From assembly GCF_009914755.1 (NCBI RefSeq), contig NC_060926.1: DNA of 64,000 nt; one strand, 5' to 3'. Shown here piece after piece: positions 58,090 to 64,000 of this stretch. Made by a program: the position numbers and the translations under genes. The first letter of the stretch is position 1, and each line of letters starts with the position of its first letter. The notes beneath the pieces are model-generated. The model was not told the origin of the DNA. It ran no database searches and saw nothing but the letters and a program-made list of their open reading frames with translations. The stretch comes from the human T2T-CHM13v2.0 reference genome, Homo sapiens.

Positions 58090-59650
58090 TTATTTTTAAA
58101 TTTCAAATTATGTGTCGCAGATTTGAAAAACAAAGAAAAATACAAAGAATGTAATTAAAATAATCTCTAATCCTACTACTCATCAATAATCACTGTTAAG
58201 TGGATCTATGTGCTTGTTAAATTTGTAAATAAGTACAGAACTGTTTCATTTTTTCAAAATTAAAACAATGTTATATGGTCTCTTTTTTTTCTTCTTCAAT
58301 GTAAATGAATAATATTTTCCATGGTCATTACAATCTTTCATAACAATTTTTTAGGCTATATAATGTTCTATGATATAGTTTATTTAGGCAATTATCTTTT
58401 TGGAGATTTGAGTAATTTCCAATTATTCGCTATTATTTTTTAAACCACTGGGATAAACATATGCATTAGTAAGCATATACACACAATTTTGATCATTTCC
58501 TTAGGATTAATTCCTAGAATAGGAATTGCTTAGTGGGCATAAGTATGTTTAAGGCTTATGATGGCTATCATTAAATCACTCTCCATAGGTTATAAGCATT
58601 TAAATTCCCATTATCACTAAGAGAGCATTTCCATTTTTCTTACCCTTATAACTACCAAATAGTACATTTCCCTTTTTTAAAAATTTCATAAGCAAACAAC
58701 AAATTTTGGAATGCATTTTGTCATCTCTTACCAATTGTCTATCCATTTTCTTTGTTCATTTTCCTACTGTGTGTGTGTTTGTTTTTGTTTTTGTTTTTTT
58801 TTTACCTTTTGTATATTGATCAGTGCTATGTTCTGAGCGTTTTTGAGAATGGACTCCTCAAGAAGGGGATTAATGACCTTACAAAAACAGCCCCTAGACT
58901 GCTAGCTAGTTCCTTCCACTATGTGAGGACACAGCTAAAGGGTGCTACCTGTGAAGCAGAGAGCAGCCCTCCCCTGACATGACTCTATCAGCACTTTGAT
59001 CTTGAACTGTCCAGCCTCCAGAATGGTAAGAAATAAATTTCTGTTATTTACAAGCTACCCAGTCTATGGTATTTTCTTATAGCAGCCTGAATGGAGTAAG
59101 ACAATCTGTTAAGACTTTTTATATAGTAAGGAGTGGATTATAAATCGCAAATATTTTTCCACTTTAAAAATTTAACTTATTCACAAATTTCATATGAAAA
59201 ATGAGTATGGTAGTCTATTTTTGTGTAATGTTTTATGCGTCTTTGTTTTTATGTCAAAAGAAAGACTTTTCCATTTAACTCTTTAATCCATTGTTAATGT
59301 ACTTTAGTATATTGTGTGTTACAAAGATTAATTTTCTCCGGTAACTAATTGTTATAGCACCGAAAATGAACAAATTTCTTCTTTAATCATGAATTTGAAA
59401 TCTTTACTTAACCATATACTATATTTTTATATTTGCAAGTATCTGTTTCAGAGTTTTGCTTTGTTTTGTTTTCTGCTCAATTAACTTTTCTGTGTTTTTG
59501 CTTCAATATAAAGTAGTATGTATTTTAGCTTTAAAATACATTTTATTATCTAGTAAGATAGCATTTCTTTTTTTTTCAAACTTCTCTAATTGGCTGTTTC
59601 TATTCTAAGAGATGTAATTTTTTGAACTTGCATTCTAATATCTGCTCACA
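58090..59650 (-). mobile_element. Ancient L1ME-like fragments
   Basis: 'atttccttaggattaattcctagaataggaattgct' and 'aatttaaattccca'-like motifs; T-rich; highly degenerate. Confidence 0.55.
58845..59103 (+). mobile_element. MLT1A-like LTR, 3' part
   Basis: 'ccactatgtgaggacacagc...ccagcctccagaatggtaagaaataaatttctgttatttacaagctacccagtctatggtattt...gagtaagaca'. Confidence 0.85.
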
Positions 59651-59739
59651 GAATCTAAAATTACAAGATATAATGAAAGAGGGAATTTTCCTTAACCTTC
59701 CATAATATCCCTTTGTTCTTAATTTCACCACTTTAAAAA

Positions 59740-61870
59740 TTTTTTTTAACTTTTATTTTAGGTTCAGGAGTATATGTGCAGGTTTGTTATATAGGTAAAT
59801 TGAATGTCACAGGGGTCTGGTGTATAGATTATTTTGTCACCCAGTTAATAAGCATAGTACCTGACAGGTAGTTTTTTTATGTTCTCCCTCCTCCCACCCT
59901 CTACCCTCAAGGAAGACTTGGTGTCTGTTGTTCCCTTCTTTGCATCCATGTGTTCTCGTTGTTTAGCTCCCACTTATGAGTGAGAACACGTGGTAGCTGA
60001 TTTTCTGTTCCTGCGTCAATTCCCTTATGATAATGGCCTCTAGCTCCATCCATGTTGTTGCAAAGGACATGATCTCATTCTTTTTTATGGCTGTGTAGTA
60101 TTCCATGGTGTATATGTTCCACATTTTCTTTATCCATCGATGGCCATTCAGGTTGATTCCATGTCTTTGCCATTGTGAATAGTACTGCAATGAACATAGG
60201 TGTGCATTGTCTTTATAGTAGAATGATTTATATTCTTTCGGATACGTACTCAATAATGGGATTATTGGGTTGAATGACAATTCTGTTTTTAAATTATTTG
60301 AGAAATTGCCACACTACTTTCCACAATGGCTAAACTAATTTATATTCCCACCAACAGTGTATAAGCTTTCCCTTTTCTCCATGACCTCAACAGCATCTGT
60401 TATTTTTGACTTTTTAATGAAAGTCATTCTGACTGGTATGAGATAATATCTCATTGTAGTTTTGATTTGTATTTCACTAATAATTAGTGATGTTGAGCAT
60501 TTTTCCATATGCTTGTTGCTCTTATGTAGGTCTTCTGTTGAAAAGTGTCTACTCATGTCCTTTGCCCACTTTTTAATGAGGTTGTTGTTAAGTTCTTTAT
60601 AGATTGTGGATATTAGACCTTTGTCAGATGCATAGTTCGCAAATATTTTCTTCTATTCTGTAGGTTGTCTGTTTACTCTATTGATGGCTTCTTTTGCTGT
60701 GCAGAAGCTCTTTAGTTTAATTAGGTCCCATTTATCAATTTTTGCTTTTCTTGCAATTGCTTTTGGCATCATCGTCATGAAGTCTTTGCCAGGTCCTGTG
60801 TCCAGAGTTGTATTTCCTAGGTTATCTTACAGGGTTTTTATAGTTTTATATTTTCCATTTAATTCTTTAATCCATCTTGAATTGGTTTTTGTATATGGTA
60901 TAAGGAAGGGGTTAGTTTCCATCTTCTCCATATGGCTAGTCAGTTATCCCAGCACAACTTACTGAATAGGGACTCCTTTCCCCATTGCTTGTTTTTGTCA
61001 ACTTTGTTGAAGATCAGATGGTTGCATATCTCTGTTATTATTTCTGGGCTCTCTATTCTGTTCCACTGGTCTGTTTTTGTACTAGTACCATGCTGTTTTG
61101 GTTACTGTAGCCCTGTCGTACAGTTTGAAGCCGGGTAGTGTGATGCCTCCAGCTTTATTTTGCTTAGGATTGCCTTGGCTATTCAGGCTCTTTTTTGGTT
61201 CCTATGAATTTTAAAACAGTTTTTTCTAGTTCTGTGAATAATGTCATTGGTAGTTTGATAGGAATAGCACTGAATCTGTAAATTGCTTTGGGCAGTATGG
61301 CCATTTTAATAATATTGATTCTTCCTATGCTTCAGCATGAATATTTTTCCATTTGTTTGTGGGTCATCTCTGATTTCTTTGAGCAGTGTTTCATATCAAT
61401 AATTCTCATTTTGTAGAGATCTTTCACCTTCCTGGTTAGCTATACTCCTAGGTTGATTTTTTGAGCTATTTTGAATGGGATTGCTTTATTTATTTGGCTG
61501 TCAGCTGGGATGTAGTTGGTGTATAGAAATGCTACTAATTATTTATATTGATTTTGTATCCTGATATCTTGCTGAAGTTGTTTATCAGATCAAGGAGATT
61601 TGGGGCAGAGAGTATGGGGTTTTCTAGGTATATAATCATATCATCTGCAAACAGGGATAGTTTGACTTCCTCTCTTCCTATTTGGATGCCTTTTATTTCT
61701 TCCTTTTGCCTGATTGCTCTGGTTAGGAATTCCAGTACAATGTTGAATAGAAGTGGTGAGAGAAGGCATCCTTGTTCTGCTTTTCAAGGGGAATGCCTCC
61801 AGCTTTTACCCATTCAGTATAATATTGGCTATGAGTTTTTCATAGATGGCTCTTATTATTTTGAAGTATC
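59740..61870 (-). mobile_element. 5'-truncated LINE-1 (about 2.1 kb), L1PA13-16-like
   Basis: Same 3'UTR type as 4347-5125; minus-strand ORFs 59963-60280 and 60335-60556 encode L1 ORF2 C-terminal peptides ([24 protein letters not shown]). Confidence 0.93.
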
Positions 61871-62029
61871 TGATAAATGAATTTTTACCATTAACAGTTT
61901 CTAAAAATCTTGGTGGAATTTAATTGGAATCACATTAAACCCATAATAATTTGGGAACACACAATGTCTTTACAAATTGAGGGTTCTCATTCATAAACTC
62001 TGTTTTCATTTTTCCAATATTTTGCTCAA

Positions 62030-62300
62030 TTTGGGGGGTGGTATATGTGATTTTCTGATATATGTATACAATATGTAATGACCAAATCAGGGTAATTGGA
62101 ATATCCATCACCTCAAACATTCATCTTTTATGTTGAAAACATTCCAAGTCTTCTAGCTATTTTGAACTACACATTATTGATAACTGTAGTTACCCTACTA
62201 TAATGCCGAACAGTTGATCATATTCCTTCTAATGTATTTTTCTATCCACTAAACATCCTCTCTCCATCCCCTCTCCCCTCCCTTGTTTGCAGTCTCTGAT
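62030..62300 (-). mobile_element. L1MA-type 3'UTR fragment
   Basis: 'atgtaatgaccaaatcagggtaattggaatatccatcacctcaaacatt'. Confidence 0.75.
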
Positions 62301-62799
62301 TTTTATTTATTTAGTCAAGTTATTTTAATAATCTTAAAAATAGCTTCTATGGCATTTGCAGTTTTATCTAGGCTTTGCACTAAATTTCAAATTAAGGTAA
62401 ATCACAGGTATTTTACATTTGTACTGCTCATATGGATAATAGTTTCCCATTATATCTTTGAGGCCATAATAGATGTATAGACAAAAGTTATGAAATTTCT
62501 TATATCTGAATTTTTTTTTACATTTTTATTACTCTATATTTGTTTTTATAGTTAGTGTTCATCTATTTTTGATGATTCTTTTTCTATTCTCCCCCTGCTT
62601 TGTATAACAAGAAAATGTTCATGCATACTTTTGTAGTTTGGTGGGTCTATGCTCTGTGGCCACCAGGGCAGATGGTTTGGTAGAGGTGGTCTAAAGGAAT
62701 GTTTGCATTTTTCAATGTGAGCATATCCATCAGACAGAGACACAAAAGGAACATTCCTATTTTTTCCTCCTACCTTCAATCACTCTGACATCCTTCAGA

Positions 62800-63075
62800 T
62801 TCTTCTCCAGCAACTCATTCTGCCTGGAACTATCTCCCTCCAATCCATCTCAGCAATATTTATCCCTTTAATTCATTTTCTCCTAAAAGGCTTCTCCTAC
62901 TCCATGATCAGAATTGTCCAGTGCTCTGAAGGAAATTAGTTATTCCTTTATTATGAAACCGTATGCATGTCTGTCTCCACACCAAAATCTAAAACAGAAA
63001 ATGATGATCCCCAACACCTAGCACTGAGTCTGGTACACAGTAGGTACTCAATAAATGTTTGTTAAATTGAATCGA
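62800..63075 (+). mobile_element. L2 LINE 3' end
   Basis: 'ccccaacacctagcactgagtctggtacacagtaggtactcaataaatgtttgttaaattgaat'. Confidence 0.75.
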
Positions 63076-64000
63076 ATTGCATGAAACGTTCACTTATATA
63101 TGTCTAAGCAAGTTAATAAGAAAAGAACCAAGAGGAACAAGAAGTAAACATATTTTCAGCCATATTGACATGTGCAAAAAAAAAGTTTTCTATTTTCTTA
63201 TTTCACTTTTTCAAAGCTAGTGTTTGCTTAAGTCACAGACACCTGCTGCTCTGCAGCTGTATCAGGGAATACATTTGTGCTCTAAATTACCAACTTAGAG
63301 CTTCCCAGTGGCTTTTCTACTAACAAGCTGCCAAGTCTGGAATGATGAGGTTTCTGTTTTAGCTGACAACCAAAACAAAATCTGGCTGCTCTGAACAGGC
63401 TCTTTCACTCCACCTGCTGTTTCTACAGCTAAAGTGTAGAAGGACATAGGAATCACCTAAGCCCAAGGCCAGGATTCTGATAGAAATCTAGAAATCCATG
63501 GATTTCAATGCAAGGCATTGTGAAATTGCTTGCACATTATGTGTTTATTCCTGTTGAAACCACCCATGAAAAATATGAGAAAGTTTTAAAACTTTAAAAG
63601 CTGTCCATGGCTTTTCCTGTCCAGGAACCTATCTTTGATAGCAGCATTAAGAGCTGGAATATGGTAGGGCTCAGGAATCCACCCATCTTCTCACCTCTAA
63701 AAGGGAGGAATAAACTAGTACAACTCACCTTTGCTTCTCCAAAGCTTCCCTTGCAAAAAAGAATGACTCATGGGAGAAATTTCAGAGACTGAGACAAGTT
63801 GTAAGGAGGTATTTGGGCACTAAGAGGGCCTTTCAGTCTCATGCACATCAATCTTGGCACCAACTGAGGCTCTGTCAGAGTGTACTGAGAAAAGTATAAA
63901 TAAATCCATCATTCTCATCACATTGTGTCAACTTAATAAGACTCTCATCTGCTTTGGATGAACCCACTTGGTGGGGCAGGAGGTGAGAGACTAGGGAGAC

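Overview
This looks like primate (human-like) non-coding genomic DNA, either intergenic or deep intronic. I find no support for a cellular protein-coding gene, tRNA, rRNA or CRISPR array. The window is dominated by interspersed repeats. These include a full-length but inactivated L1PA3-type LINE-1 (30069-36263, +) with a target-site duplication (TSD), broken ORF1/ORF2 and an open antisense ORF0; older L1 fragments; about 10 Alus, one nested in another and one chimeric; solo LTRs (LTR7/HERV-H, MLT2, MLT1/MST, MER4-like); Tigger- and MER-type DNA transposons; and MIR/L2/L3 relics. The most unusual features read directly from the sequence are local rearrangement scars and non-B DNA tracts. They are a ~150-bp inverted copy of flanking DNA inserted into an MLT2 LTR, a 12-nt fold-back insertion in L1 ORF2, a 256-bp tandem duplication inside a Tigger-type element, a 30-bp AT-rich minisatellite, a 32-bp tandem repeat behind a strong splice acceptor, and a ~340-bp purine tract. 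Two candidate + strand non-coding exons are flagged. I found no convincing new multi-gene system. Repeat family names come from recalled consensus sequences, not a database search, and boundaries of old repeats are approximate.
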